Assembly: GCA_015063455.1 (NCBI GenBank)
Contig: SVUC01000003.1
Coordinates: forward strand, 1 to 46,549
Origin: Oscillospiraceae bacterium
GTDB taxonomy: Bacteria; Bacillota; Clostridia; Oscillospirales; CAG-272
Length of the DNA: 46,549 nucleotides
Direction: 5' to 3'
Under the pieces are notes generated by a model. It was not told the DNA's origin and ran no database searches. It saw only the letters and a program-made list of their open reading frames with translations. This document shows positions 36,575-46,110 of the stretch, in pieces. Each line of letters opens with the position of its first letter. The first letter of the stretch is position 1. The translations under genes and the position numbers were made by a program.

Positions 36575-37639
36575 TCAGTCGCAGAGCGCGCGGAACTCTG
36601 TCCATACGTTGAGATGCGCGGTGTCCGCTTCCGCTGAGATGTTGCCGATCATTTCCATATTCTCTGAGGTGAATTCCTTGGGAAGAGTGAGGAAAGAACG
36701 GTATTCTTCGGAAATAAATTCTTCCGCTGCTGAATTTGTGCAGTAATAACCGAGGTATTCGTAGCAGTCAGCGGCGATCTCAGGTGTGAGAATGTATTCG
36801 ATGAACTTGTGAGCCGCATCGGAGTTCGGAGCTTTTGACGGGATGAACATTCCCATAATACCAAAGCCGATTCCTTCGTCGGGGAATACTATTTCAAGAG
36901 ACGGATCGGTCATCTTTGCGAGAGTAACCTGAGAGGTGTACATTACGGCTGCGCTGACCTCGCCTGAGAGAAGATCGTCCTGGATGTTGTCATCCTTGAT
37001 AAGTCTGATGTTCGGTGCAAGAGATTTGAGCTTTTCGCCTGCCGCGATGATCTCGTCTTCGGAGAGGGTGTTGTAGCTCTTTCCGTTGATCTTGAGAGCC
37101 ATACCGTTAATTACACGGTAGTTTGATATGATACCGACAGAATCTTCGAGAGACGGATCCCAGAGATCGCTGTAGCCTTTGATATCAACAGAAACTTTCG
37201 CAGGATCATATACGATCGTCTGAACACCCGCGCCGTAGGGAACGGTGTATTCGTCTGTGGGATCGAAGAACTGTCCCTGATATACGGGATTTACGTTTGT
37301 GATTGAGGGGATCTTCGATCTGTCGATCTTCTGAACAAGACCTTCAGCGATAGCGGCTTCGATGATGTAGTCGTCAGCGATTATGAGGTCGTAGTCTCCG
37401 CCGTCCGCCGCCTCAAGCTTGGAGAGCATAGTTTCGTTGTAGTCGAAATTGACGTAGTTTACGTCGATCGAATATTTTTCTTCAAATCCTGCAATGACTT
37501 CGTCGGGGAACATTCCTGCCCAGGTGTAGAGGTTCAGAGTTTCTTCATTTTTTGATCCGCACGATGAAAGAGTAAGCGCGGATGAGACGATAAGGGTAAG
37601 CGCGAGGATGAAGGTGAGAATTTTCTTTTTCATAAGCAT
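36575..37639 (-). CDS. potD: Spermidine/putrescine ABC substrate-binding lipoprotein
   Basis: Lipobox LSSC, LNLYTW, NETMLSKL, DLWDPSL. Confidence 0.85.
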   Translation of the reverse strand: MLMKKKILTFILALTLIVSSALTLSSCGSKNEETLNLYTWAGMFPDEVIAGFEEKYSIDVNYVNFDYNETMLSKLEAADGGDYDLIIADDYIIEAAIAEGLVQKIDRSKIPSITNVNPVYQGQFFDPTDEYTVPYGAGVQTIVYDPAKVSVDIKGYSDLWDPSLEDSVGIISNYRVINGMALKINGKSYNTLSEDEIIAAGEKLKSLAPNIRLIKDDNIQDDLLSGEVSAAVMYTSQVTLAKMTDPSLEIVFPDEGIGFGIMGMFIPSKAPNSDAAHKFIEYILTPEIAADCYEYLGYYCTNSAAEEFISEEYRSFLTLPKEFTSENMEMIGNISAEADTAHLNVWTEFRALCD

Positions 37640-37651
37640 CTCCGTTAGATT

Positions 37652-38437
37652 TTATTTTAATTTTTTGTCGGCAAATTTTCTGACTGCCGCCGCAAGTGCA
37701 TAGCACAAAAAAGTTACGGCGAGCATTATCGCGCAGAGCGCATTGATCTTCGGGGAAACCCCTGTTTTGAGCTGTGTATATACAATGATCGGCAGCGTGT
37801 TCACTCGTACTCCCGTGACGAAGATCGAGATTATCACGTCGTCAAAGCTCATTGCGAATGAGAGGAACATTCCCGAGAGAACAGCAGGCATAATGAGAGG
37901 CAGGGTAACTGTGAAAAACGCGGTTATCGGTGAAGCACCGAGATCACGCGCCGCCTCGATCTCGACCATACTCATTCCTTCAAGACGGGAGGAGACCTGC
38001 GTATAGATGTACGGTATACAGAATGCGGTGTGCGCTATCACAAGAGTGAGCATTCCGAATGGGAGCGAGAGAAGCTCAAAGAATGCGAGAAACACCATTC
38101 CGAGAACGATTTCGGGAATAATAAGAGGAAGGAGTGCCATTTTTGATACGGCGTATTTCATCGGCAGGCGTGCATTTTTTATCGTCAGGGCTGCAGATGT
38201 TGCGATAAACGCCGCCAGGAGAGAGGACGAGAATGCGAGGATAACTGAGTTGAATAGACCCTCAAGCATTGCGTCGTCCCGCAGGAGAGACTGATACCAT
38301 TTCAGAGAGAATCCGTCCCACGTCGACGATATTCTGCTTCCGTTGAAGGAATAAACAACGACGACGATGATAGGCAGATATGTCAGCGCTGTCATCAGTA
38401 TTGTGTACGCCGCAGACAATTTATTCGTTTTTTTCAT
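37652..38437 (-). CDS. potC: Spermidine/putrescine ABC permease
   Basis: YSFN, GFSLKWY, EAARDLGA, SFDD, PKINAL. Confidence 0.85.
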   Translation of the reverse strand: MKKTNKLSAAYTILMTALTYLPIIVVVVYSFNGSRISSTWDGFSLKWYQSLLRDDAMLEGLFNSVILAFSSSLLAAFIATSAALTIKNARLPMKYAVSKMALLPLIIPEIVLGMVFLAFFELLSLPFGMLTLVIAHTAFCIPYIYTQVSSRLEGMSMVEIEAARDLGASPITAFFTVTLPLIMPAVLSGMFLSFAMSFDDVIISIFVTGVRVNTLPIIVYTQLKTGVSPKINALCAIMLAVTFLCYALAAAVRKFADKKLK

Positions 38438-38481
38438 GATCGGTAATATGACCTTGATTGTTGATACAAATTTTTGGGGGA

Positions 38482-39333
38482 TCAGCGTTCGTGCTTCGGT
38501 TTTCTGAGAAGGAGGGCACACACGGCGGCGGTCAGAAGCATAAGAACCGATGCGAGCGCGGCGGCACCCGGCTTGTTGTGCGATTTCATAAGAAGCTCTT
38601 CAATGAGGCTTCCGACGAGGACAACTTTGTTTCCGCCGAGGATCGACGCGATAAAGAACAGTCCCATTGACGGGATAAATGTGAGCACGATACCCGTCGC
38701 GAGTCCGGGGCGTGTGAGAGGAAGGGTTACGGTGAGAAAAGCTTTGATCTTACCTGCACCAAGATCGCGCGAGGCTTCGATCAGTGTGGGATCGAGCTTT
38801 TCTGCGACCTGATAAACCGAGGTAAACATAAAAGGAAGGAGAACATACACCATTCCCACTACTACGGCGGGGTAGGTGTACAGAAGCTTCAGCGGCTCAC
38901 TTGTGAGTCCGACTGCCATAAGGAGCTTGTCAAGGAGTCCGTTTGCGCGGAAAATTATGATCCAGCCGTAGAGGCGCAGGAGTGAATTTACCCAATAGGG
39001 AATCACCTGCATTGTGTAGATGAATCTGCTCATCTTCTTCGGAAGCATTGCGGCAGCCAGCCCGAACGGATACCCGATCAAAACAACGAGGATGGTTGAG
39101 ATGAGGGCGAGCTCGAGAGACTCCGCAAACGTTTTGAGGTACATTCCCGAGAAGACTTCTGCGTAATTTTCAAGAGTAAAGACCGAGGTGTAATCCCATC
39201 CGTCGCGTGTGCTGAACGAGAGTGCGATCATAAGGATCAACGGACCGAGCACAAACACGAGAGTAAAGAGATAAAGCGGAAGGGAGGCGAGGGTCGAGAG
39301 GGCGGCTTTCCTTTTTCTGATTCCGTTTTTCAT
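38482..39333 (-). CDS. potB: Spermidine/putrescine ABC permease
   Basis: PYWVNSLLRLYGW, LPFM, EASRDLGA. Confidence 0.85.
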   Translation of the reverse strand: MKNGIRKRKAALSTLASLPLYLFTLVFVLGPLILMIALSFSTRDGWDYTSVFTLENYAEVFSGMYLKTFAESLELALISTILVVLIGYPFGLAAAMLPKKMSRFIYTMQVIPYWVNSLLRLYGWIIIFRANGLLDKLLMAVGLTSEPLKLLYTYPAVVVGMVYVLLPFMFTSVYQVAEKLDPTLIEASRDLGAGKIKAFLTVTLPLTRPGLATGIVLTFIPSMGLFFIASILGGNKVVLVGSLIEELLMKSHNKPGAAALASVLMLLTAAVCALLLRKPKHER

Positions 39334-40421
39334 CAGACGTCCTCATCTTTCTCGCAGATGACGCCCGCATAAGGGGGAATCGACAGCTCAAGCTGATCTC
39401 CCGCGGAGACACTCATGTCAAGTCCGTACCGCAATGTTGTGATGCCTGTTCCGTGGACGTTGCAGGAGATACGCATTACACCGCCTGAGAAGCTGACGTC
39501 ATCGACCACTCCGTTCACCGTTGAGCTGTTGTCATTTGCGCCGACGGTGATCTTCTCACCTCGAACCGAGACGAAAACGGTGTCACCGCTTGTGTGTCCT
39601 CGTCCGCCTTCGCGGACAGTCAGAGTTGTACCCGCAAATTTTACGGTATTTTCGGAAACATAAGTGCAGGGGAGAATGTTCGAGTCTCCGACGAATCGTG
39701 CAATGTAGACGTACTCGGGAGAATCGTATATTTCGGACGGCGTGCCGATCTGGAGAAATCTGCCGTTTTTCATAACGGCGACGCGGTCTGACATATTCAG
39801 CGCTTCTTCCTGATCGTGCGTGATATATATGAACGTGATTCCGAGATCCTTTTGCAGTTTTTTGAGTTCTCCCTGCATTTCGCGTCTGAGGTTGAGATCA
39901 AGAGCGCCGAGAGGCTCGTCGAGCAGGAGTATCTTCGGTGCTGAGATCACGGCACGGGCGATTGCGACTCGCTGTTTCTGACCGCCCGAGAGGGATGAGG
40001 GGAAGCGTTTTTCGAATCCTGACATTCTCACAAGCGCGAGAGCGTCTGCGACGCGTCTGGCAATTTCAGCCGTCTGAGGCTTATTTTTTGCGATCTTCAA
40101 GGGGTATGCGACGTTGTCAAAGACGTTCATATGCGGGAAAAGCGCATAATTCTGGAAAACGGTATTTACGTCACGCTTATTCGGATCGGCGGATGTAATG
40201 TTATCTCCGGCGAGGAAGATCTCTCCCCCATCCGGGATCTCAAGGCCGCTGATGATTCGGAGAAGTGTGGTTTTTCCGCATCCCGATGATCCGAGGATCG
40301 TGAGAAACTCGCCTTCGTGTACGTCAAACGAGAGGTCGCGTATTACTTTGGTATCCCCAAAGGCTTTTGAAACCCCTTTGACTGAGAGGATAATTTCGTT
40401 TTGCCGAGTGTTTTTATCCAT
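39333..40421 (-). CDS. potA: Spermidine/putrescine ABC ATPase
   Basis: GSSGCGKT, VFQNYALFPHM, LSGGQ, LLDEP, THDQEEAL. Confidence 0.9.
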   Translation of the reverse strand: MDKNTRQNEIILSVKGVSKAFGDTKVIRDLSFDVHEGEFLTILGSSGCGKTTLLRIISGLEIPDGGEIFLAGDNITSADPNKRDVNTVFQNYALFPHMNVFDNVAYPLKIAKNKPQTAEIARRVADALALVRMSGFEKRFPSSLSGGQKQRVAIARAVISAPKILLLDEPLGALDLNLRREMQGELKKLQKDLGITFIYITHDQEEALNMSDRVAVMKNGRFLQIGTPSEIYDSPEYVYIARFVGDSNILPCTYVSENTVKFAGTTLTVREGGRGHTSGDTVFVSVRGEKITVGANDNSSTVNGVVDDVSFSGGVMRISCNVHGTGITTLRYGLDMSVSAGDQLELSIPPYAGVICEKDEDV

Positions 40422-40472
40422 TTATTAATAACCTTATTTTAAGACTATAGTTGGAATATTTTCCACAAATAT

Positions 40473-40501
40473 ATAATATCACATATCTGTGGGTGTGTCA
40501 A
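40473..40501 (-). promoter_or_regulatory. Sigma-A promoter for potABCD
   Basis: TTGACA-17bp-TATTAT with TG extension on the minus strand. Confidence 0.65.
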
Positions 40502-40542
40502 TTATTAAAAAATATTTTTGTGAATTTAAGATTTGATTTTTT

Positions 40543-41045
40543 TGAAGCAATTTGCGGGATGCAAATTGCAATAAGATTTTTATTGTCCTGCGCGGAGGGC
40601 GTATCAAATTTCATATCGCCGAGAGCGATAGATTCTTTTTCCACTGCGCGTGGGGCGCATAAGGACCTTGGCGGCAGGTCCTTATGAATCCAGCCGCTTA
40701 AGGCGGGGGTCGTATTAATTCACTGAAAGTGAATTAATACTCAGATCCCCCCTTAAGAATCCCCCCTAAAACTACGGATATAACATAAGCGGGACGCGGC
40801 CAACAACTGCCGCGTCGATGAGGTATAACTTGAAATTTGTACCCATAGGGGAGAATTCTTAAAGAGGGGATGTGGCTCCGCCACCCCCTCGTTGAGCGCC
40901 TGAATTCACAAAGACCCGGCGTGAGGGTCTTTGTGCGCCCCACGCGCAGTGGAAAGAAAGATATAACGATTTGTATGAATCGAATTTTTGTGTGCCCTCC
41001 GCGCAGTGGAAAGAAAGATCTAACGATTTAAGAAATCGTAATCTG
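40543..41045 (+). repeat. Large multi-hairpin palindromic element, copy D (extra tier)
   Basis: Perfect 21-bp inverted repeat 40638-40658/40935-40955 encloses the conserved hairpin pairs and core. Confidence 0.9.
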
Positions 41046-41055
41046 ATTAATTTAC

Positions 41056-41478
41056 TTTTAGGGAAGCAATTTGCCGGATGCAAATTGCGATAGGTTTTCT
41101 TTGTCCTACGCGGACGGCGCATAAGGACCTTGGCGGCAGGTCCTTATGAATCCAGCCGCTTAAGGAGGGGGTCGTGTTAATTCACTAAAAGTGAATTAAC
41201 ACTCAGATCCCCCCTTAAGAATCCCCCCTAAAACTACGGATATAACATAAGCGGGACGCGGCCAACAACTGCCGCGTCGATGAGGTTGAACTATAAGTTT
41301 ACACCAATAGGGGAGAATTCTTAAAGAGGGGATGTGGCATCCCGAAGGGAATGCCCCCTCTTTAAGTGCCTGGATTCACAAGGACTCGGCACGAGAGTCC
41401 TTGTGCGCCCTCCGCGTAGGAGCAATCTTCCGTGCGATTCGCACGAATCGAAATTTGATACGCCGCACGGCAGCGCAA
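41056..41478 (+). repeat. Large multi-hairpin palindromic element, copy E (tandem with D)
   Basis: tcctacgcgga.ggcgc ... gcgcc.tccgcgtagga terminal stem; the same internal modules. Confidence 0.9.
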
Positions 41479-41635
41479 ATCCTTCCACCCATAATTATGA
41501 ATAAATCCCCATAAAAATTCAAAATATAGGTTTGATTTTTACCAAAAAATAATATATGATATACATTGTATATCATAGAAAAGGTTTAATTATCGAACAA
41601 TAAGATAATGTGAACTAAAATTCAGAAGGAAAAGT

Positions 41636-44620
41636 ATGATTTTTGATAAAATAACAAAATCTGCACACACTCTCTCGCTCGGTATTGACGTCGGATCAAC
41701 GACCGCAAAGCTCGCACTCGTTGACGCAGGCAAATGTATCTATTCGACTTACGAAAGACATTTTGCAAGGATCCGCCAGACCCTCTCCCGTATGCTCAGC
41801 GATGCAAAAAAAGTGATCGGTGAGCGCGAATTCACCGTCGCTGTGTCCGGCTCGGCAGGACTCGGACTTGCTGAGGCAGCTGAGATCCCGTTTGTTCAGG
41901 AGGTCTGGGCGACGTCGGAGGTCATCAAAAAAATGGATCCCGACACGTCCGTTGTCATCGAGCTCGGCGGCGAGGATGCGAAGATAATCTTCTTCGACGG
42001 AGGAACAGACGAGAGAATGAACGGTACCTGTGCAGGAGGTACGGGTGCATTCATCGACCAGATGGCATCTCTCCTTGACGTCTCCCCCGATGAGCTTGAC
42101 GTACTCGCGCTTGAGCACAAAAAGATCTACCCGATCGCATCACGATGCGGAGTTTTTGCAAAAACTGACGTTCAGCCTCTTCTCAATCAAGGTGCATCGA
42201 AAGCGGATATAGCCGCAAGTATCTATCAGGCGGTAGTTAATCAGACGATTGCGGGACTCGCTCAGGGAAGACGTATAGAAGGACGTGTTATGTTTCTCGG
42301 CGGACCTCTTTATTTCTGCCGCGGACTCAGAGAGAGATTTGTGGAAACTCTCCGCCTCGACGAAGAGCACGCAATATTTCCCGATTACGCAAGAAATGCA
42401 GTGTCTCTCGGCGCGGCACTTTACTCGGAGAAAGCCTGTGAGAAAAAATATAAAATCACCGAGCTGATAGGCCTCATCGAAAACGCGAAGATCAACTCGA
42501 CCTCAACAAGAACAGCTCCGCTTTTTGAAAATGAGGAGGAATACAAGGAATTTGCCGCTCGTCACGCAAAGGCTGCCGTTGAGATCAAATCGCTCGACGA
42601 TTACTCGGGCAAGGCGTACATAGGTATCGACTGCGGAAGCACGACCACAAAGCTCACCGTAATCGGCGAAGATAATGAGATCCTTTATACATATTACGAT
42701 TCAAACCGCGGTAATCCTGTCGAGATCGTTAAGGCTGAGCTTGCCGAAATTTACAAAAAATGCTCGGACAGAGTGAAAATTGCAGGCTCTGCTGTAACAG
42801 GATACGGCGAGGACCTTATCAGACACGCGTTTTCCGTCGATTACGGAATCGTTGAGACGATCGCGCACTATACTGCCGCGAAATATTTCAAGCCCGAGGT
42901 CGATTTTATTCTCGATATCGGCGGGCAGGATATAAAATGCTTCAAGATCAGAAACGGCGCTGTCGACAGAATTATGCTCAACGAGGCGTGCTCGTCTGGA
43001 TGCGGATCGTTTATTGAAACATTTGCAAACAGTATGCACCTCTCAGCCGCAGATTTTGCGAAGAAAGCACTCTTTGCCGCGGCTCCCGTCAATCTCGGAA
43101 GCAGATGCACAGTTTTTATGAACTCGCAGGTCAAGCAGTCGCAGAAGGACGGCGCAACCGTTGAGGATATCTCGGCAGGACTTTCGATCTCCGTTGTCAA
43201 GAACGCGATCTATAAGGTGATCCGCGCTCATTCAGCGGACGAGCTCGGTGAAAACATCGTTGTTCAGGGCGGTACGTTCAATAACGACGCGGTACTCCGC
43301 GCATTCGAGCGTGAGATCGGCAGAGATTGTGTACGCCCAACGATCGCAGGACTTATGGGTGCGTACGGTGCGGCACTTTACTCAAAAACCAAGGCGGAAG
43401 AGACGGGAGAGGATTCGAGAATAATTTCTCAGGCATCTCTCAAGGTCTTCACGCATCAGTCAAAAACTACGACTTGCCGCGGATGTACAAATAATTGTCT
43501 CCTTACCGTCAATACATTCTCGGGCGGGGAGAGATTCATCTCGGGAAACAAGTGCGAGAAGGGAGCAGGGAATTCCTCTGCTGTTGACGGAGTGCCGAAT
43601 CTCCACGAATACAAGAGAAACAAGCTCCTCTCAATGTGTCCGACCGCGTCAGCTGTTGATAAAACAAAGATCGCGCCGCGCGGCATGATAGGACTTCCCC
43701 TGTGCCTCGGAATGTACGAGCTCCTTCCGCTGTGGGTTGGAATTTTCGAAAATCTCGGATTTACCCCCGTTTCGTCGGGTATGTCCTCGAAGAAGATCTA
43801 CGAAAAGGGACAGTTCTCGATCCCGTCAGATACAGCGTGCTATCCCGCAAAGATAATGCACGGACACATTGAAGTTTTGTGTGAAAATGGTATCGACACG
43901 ATCTTCTATCCGCGACTCACCTGGAATATAGATGAGGGAATGAGTGACAATCACTATAATTGTCCCGTTGTTGCGTATTACAGTGAGCTGCTCTGGGGAA
44001 ATATGGATTCACTCAAGGAAAAAGGACGCAGATTCCTATACCCGTACCTCTGCCTCGATAACGAAAAAGAGCTTTCGGCGGGGATCTACAAGGAATTCTC
44101 TCCGCTTTATCCCGATATGAAAAAATCAGAGGTGAGGGCGGCGGTCAAGGCAGGATTCGAGAAACTGAAAAAATATATGGATCGCGTAAAAAAGGAAGGC
44201 GAATACGCCCTCAGATACGCGAGAGAAAACTCGATGCCCATTATGATCCTCGCAGGACGTCCGTACCACGCGGACGCTGAGATCGGCCACGGAATCGACA
44301 AGCTTGCGGTATCTCTCGGATTTGTTGTCGTGTCTGAGGATTCGGTTTACCACCTCGCAGAAACGCCTGAGGTGAAGGTGCTCAATCAGTGGACTTATCA
44401 CTCACGTCTTTACAGATCGGCTGAATTTGCGGCACAGAACGATGACGTTCAGCTTGTACAGCTTGTGTCGTTCGGATGCGGAGTTGACGCGATCACCACT
44501 GACGAGGTCAAGCGTATCCTCGAATCGCAGGGCAAGTATTATACGCAGATCAAGATCGACGAGATCGCAAACCTCGGCGCCGTCAAGATCAGACTCCGCT
44601 CACTTGCGGCAGTACTTTAA
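41636..44620 (+). CDS. 2-hydroxyacyl-CoA dehydratase activator-like protein (two ASKHA ATPase domains + DUF2229)
   Basis: GIDVGSTT/GIDCGSTT, ELGGED/DIGGQD, CAGGTG/CSSGCG, C.GC.N.C, CYPAK, GRPYH. Confidence 0.88.
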   Translation: MIFDKITKSAHTLSLGIDVGSTTAKLALVDAGKCIYSTYERHFARIRQTLSRMLSDAKKVIGEREFTVAVSGSAGLGLAEAAEIPFVQEVWATSEVIKKMDPDTSVVIELGGEDAKIIFFDGGTDERMNGTCAGGTGAFIDQMASLLDVSPDELDVLALEHKKIYPIASRCGVFAKTDVQPLLNQGASKADIAASIYQAVVNQTIAGLAQGRRIEGRVMFLGGPLYFCRGLRERFVETLRLDEEHAIFPDYARNAVSLGAALYSEKACEKKYKITELIGLIENAKINSTSTRTAPLFENEEEYKEFAARHAKAAVEIKSLDDYSGKAYIGIDCGSTTTKLTVIGEDNEILYTYYDSNRGNPVEIVKAELAEIYKKCSDRVKIAGSAVTGYGEDLIRHAFSVDYGIVETIAHYTAAKYFKPEVDFILDIGGQDIKCFKIRNGAVDRIMLNEACSSGCGSFIETFANSMHLSAADFAKKALFAAAPVNLGSRCTVFMNSQVKQSQKDGATVEDISAGLSISVVKNAIYKVIRAHSADELGENIVVQGGTFNNDAVLRAFEREIGRDCVRPTIAGLMGAYGAALYSKTKAEETGEDSRIISQASLKVFTHQSKTTTCRGCTNNCLLTVNTFSGGERFISGNKCEKGAGNSSAVDGVPNLHEYKRNKLLSMCPTASAVDKTKIAPRGMIGLPLCLGMYELLPLWVGIFENLGFTPVSSGMSSKKIYEKGQFSIPSDTACYPAKIMHGHIEVLCENGIDTIFYPRLTWNIDEGMSDNHYNCPVVAYYSELLWGNMDSLKEKGRRFLYPYLCLDNEKELSAGIYKEFSPLYPDMKKSEVRAAVKAGFEKLKKYMDRVKKEGEYALRYARENSMPIMILAGRPYHADAEIGHGIDKLAVSLGFVVVSEDSVYHLAETPEVKVLNQWTYHSRLYRSAEFAAQNDDVQLVQLVSFGCGVDAITTDEVKRILESQGKYYTQIKIDEIANLGAVKIRLRSLAAVL

Positions 44621-44643
44621 TCTAAGATGAACTTTGTAGTGTG

Positions 44644-44718
44644 AAAGTTTTGATCCAACTTTTTGGGCAGTTGGTGGATTCTTAGGGTGAAGTCCTGAGT
44701 CGGAGCGGGGCTCCGAAA
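44644..44718. repeat. Degenerate REP-like palindrome related to 31689-31723
   Basis: aaagttttgatc-caactttt..agttgg, then cttaggg..tcctgag and tcggagc..gctccga hairpins. Confidence 0.45.
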
Positions 44719-44773
44719 CTACACAAATAGATTTTCGCAGTAACATCATTTTTCAGAAATACGGAATATTATA

Positions 44774-46033
44774 ATGAACAAAAAATTTGTTGAATTTACT
44801 TCGGATATGAAGGATACACATACGATCCTCATTCCGAATATGCTGCCGATCCACTTCAAGCTTGTCAAGCGGATCCTCGAAAATTACGGCTATAAGGCGG
44901 AGCTTCTTGAGACAGAGGGCGCGCATATCGCAGAGACGGGACTGAAATACGTCCACAACGATACCTGCTACCCCGCGATCCTCGTCATCGGTCAGATGAT
45001 GGACGCTCTTCTCTCGGGCAAGTATGACTTAAATAAAACTGCGCTTATGCTGTTCCAGACAGGCGGCGGATGCCGTGCATCGAACTACGTTTCTCTGATG
45101 AGAAAAGCTCTCGTCAATGCAGGAATGGAGCAGATTCCCGTTATTCCCCTCAGCTTTGCGGGAATCGAGAAGCACTCGGGATTCGATTTCTCCGTCGGAA
45201 TGATCGTCAGAATGGCTTGCGGAATCCTCTACGGAGACTTTATGATGTCACTTGCGAATCAGGTCCGCACTTATGAGATTAATAAAGGCGACGTTGCCGC
45301 GCTGTGCGACAAGTGGACGGAAAAGCTTGTTGGAGAAATGGCAGACTCAGGCATCAGCTTCGGAAGAATGAAGAAGAATTATGCCGCGATCATCAGAGAC
45401 TTTGCCGCGATCCCGCGGGAAAATAAAAAAGCGGTCAAGGTTGGCGTTGTTGGGGAAATTTACGTCAAATTCTCGCCGCTGGGGAATAACAATCTTGAGA
45501 AATTCCTCGTGTCAGAGGGTGCTGAGGTCGTGCTTCCCGGACTTGTCGACTTCTTCAATTACTGCTTCTACAACGGAATTATGGACTACAAGCTTTACGG
45601 ACATAATTTCAAGGGATATCTCTTCAATAAAGCGGCATTCGAATTTTTGTGCGCCCTTCAGGCTGATCAGATAAAGGCCATCAAAAAAGAGGGCACATTC
45701 CGCCCGATGACTCCGTTCAAGCACACACTTGAGCTGACGAAGGGTTACATCGGTCACGGAACGAAAATGGGTGAAGGCTGGCTTCTCTCGGCGGAAATGC
45801 TTGAGCTTGCAGACTCCGGTGTTATGAACATCGTCTGCACTCAGCCGTTCGGATGCTTGCCGAACCACATTTGCGGAAAGGGAATGATGAAGCCTATCAA
45901 GGAATCTATTCCCGAGGCAAACATTGTGGCGATCGACTACGACGCAGGCGCGTCCGCTGTAAATCAGGAGAACAGACTTAAGCTGATGCTCTCCTCAGCC
46001 CGCGCGGCACTCGAAGAAAAAGAGGATGCGTAA
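44774..46033 (+). CDS. 2-hydroxyacyl-CoA dehydratase subunit (HgdD-like)
   Basis: NDTCYPA, QTGGGCRASNY, VGEIYVK, GEGW, QPFGCLPNH, NQENRLKLM. Confidence 0.85.
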   Translation: MNKKFVEFTSDMKDTHTILIPNMLPIHFKLVKRILENYGYKAELLETEGAHIAETGLKYVHNDTCYPAILVIGQMMDALLSGKYDLNKTALMLFQTGGGCRASNYVSLMRKALVNAGMEQIPVIPLSFAGIEKHSGFDFSVGMIVRMACGILYGDFMMSLANQVRTYEINKGDVAALCDKWTEKLVGEMADSGISFGRMKKNYAAIIRDFAAIPRENKKAVKVGVVGEIYVKFSPLGNNNLEKFLVSEGAEVVLPGLVDFFNYCFYNGIMDYKLYGHNFKGYLFNKAAFEFLCALQADQIKAIKKEGTFRPMTPFKHTLELTKGYIGHGTKMGEGWLLSAEMLELADSGVMNIVCTQPFGCLPNHICGKGMMKPIKESIPEANIVAIDYDAGASAVNQENRLKLMLSSARAALEEKEDA

Positions 46034-46041
46034 CTGTAGAT

Positions 46042-46100
46042 AAAAAAGAACTCTCAGCAGATCTCCGAAATATTTCGGGAATTCTGCCGAGAGTTTTTTT
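46042..46100. terminator. Long bidirectional terminator hairpin
   Basis: aaaaagaactctc.gcaga..ccgaaa..tttcgg..tctgc.gagagttttttt between convergent genes. Confidence 0.75.
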
Positions 46101-46110
46101 GTCAGACTTT

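Noticed and set aside
40734-41576. Short ORFs within the palindromic elements (also 1336-1710, 9172-9357, 9417-9668, 11409-11603)
   Set aside because: Frames, starts and lengths are not conserved between copies; no RBS; sequence similarity is just the repeat.
41636-46033. Pseudogenised (broken) dehydratase fusion
   Set aside because: Both ORFs end and start at domain boundaries with intact motifs, and two-gene forms are known.
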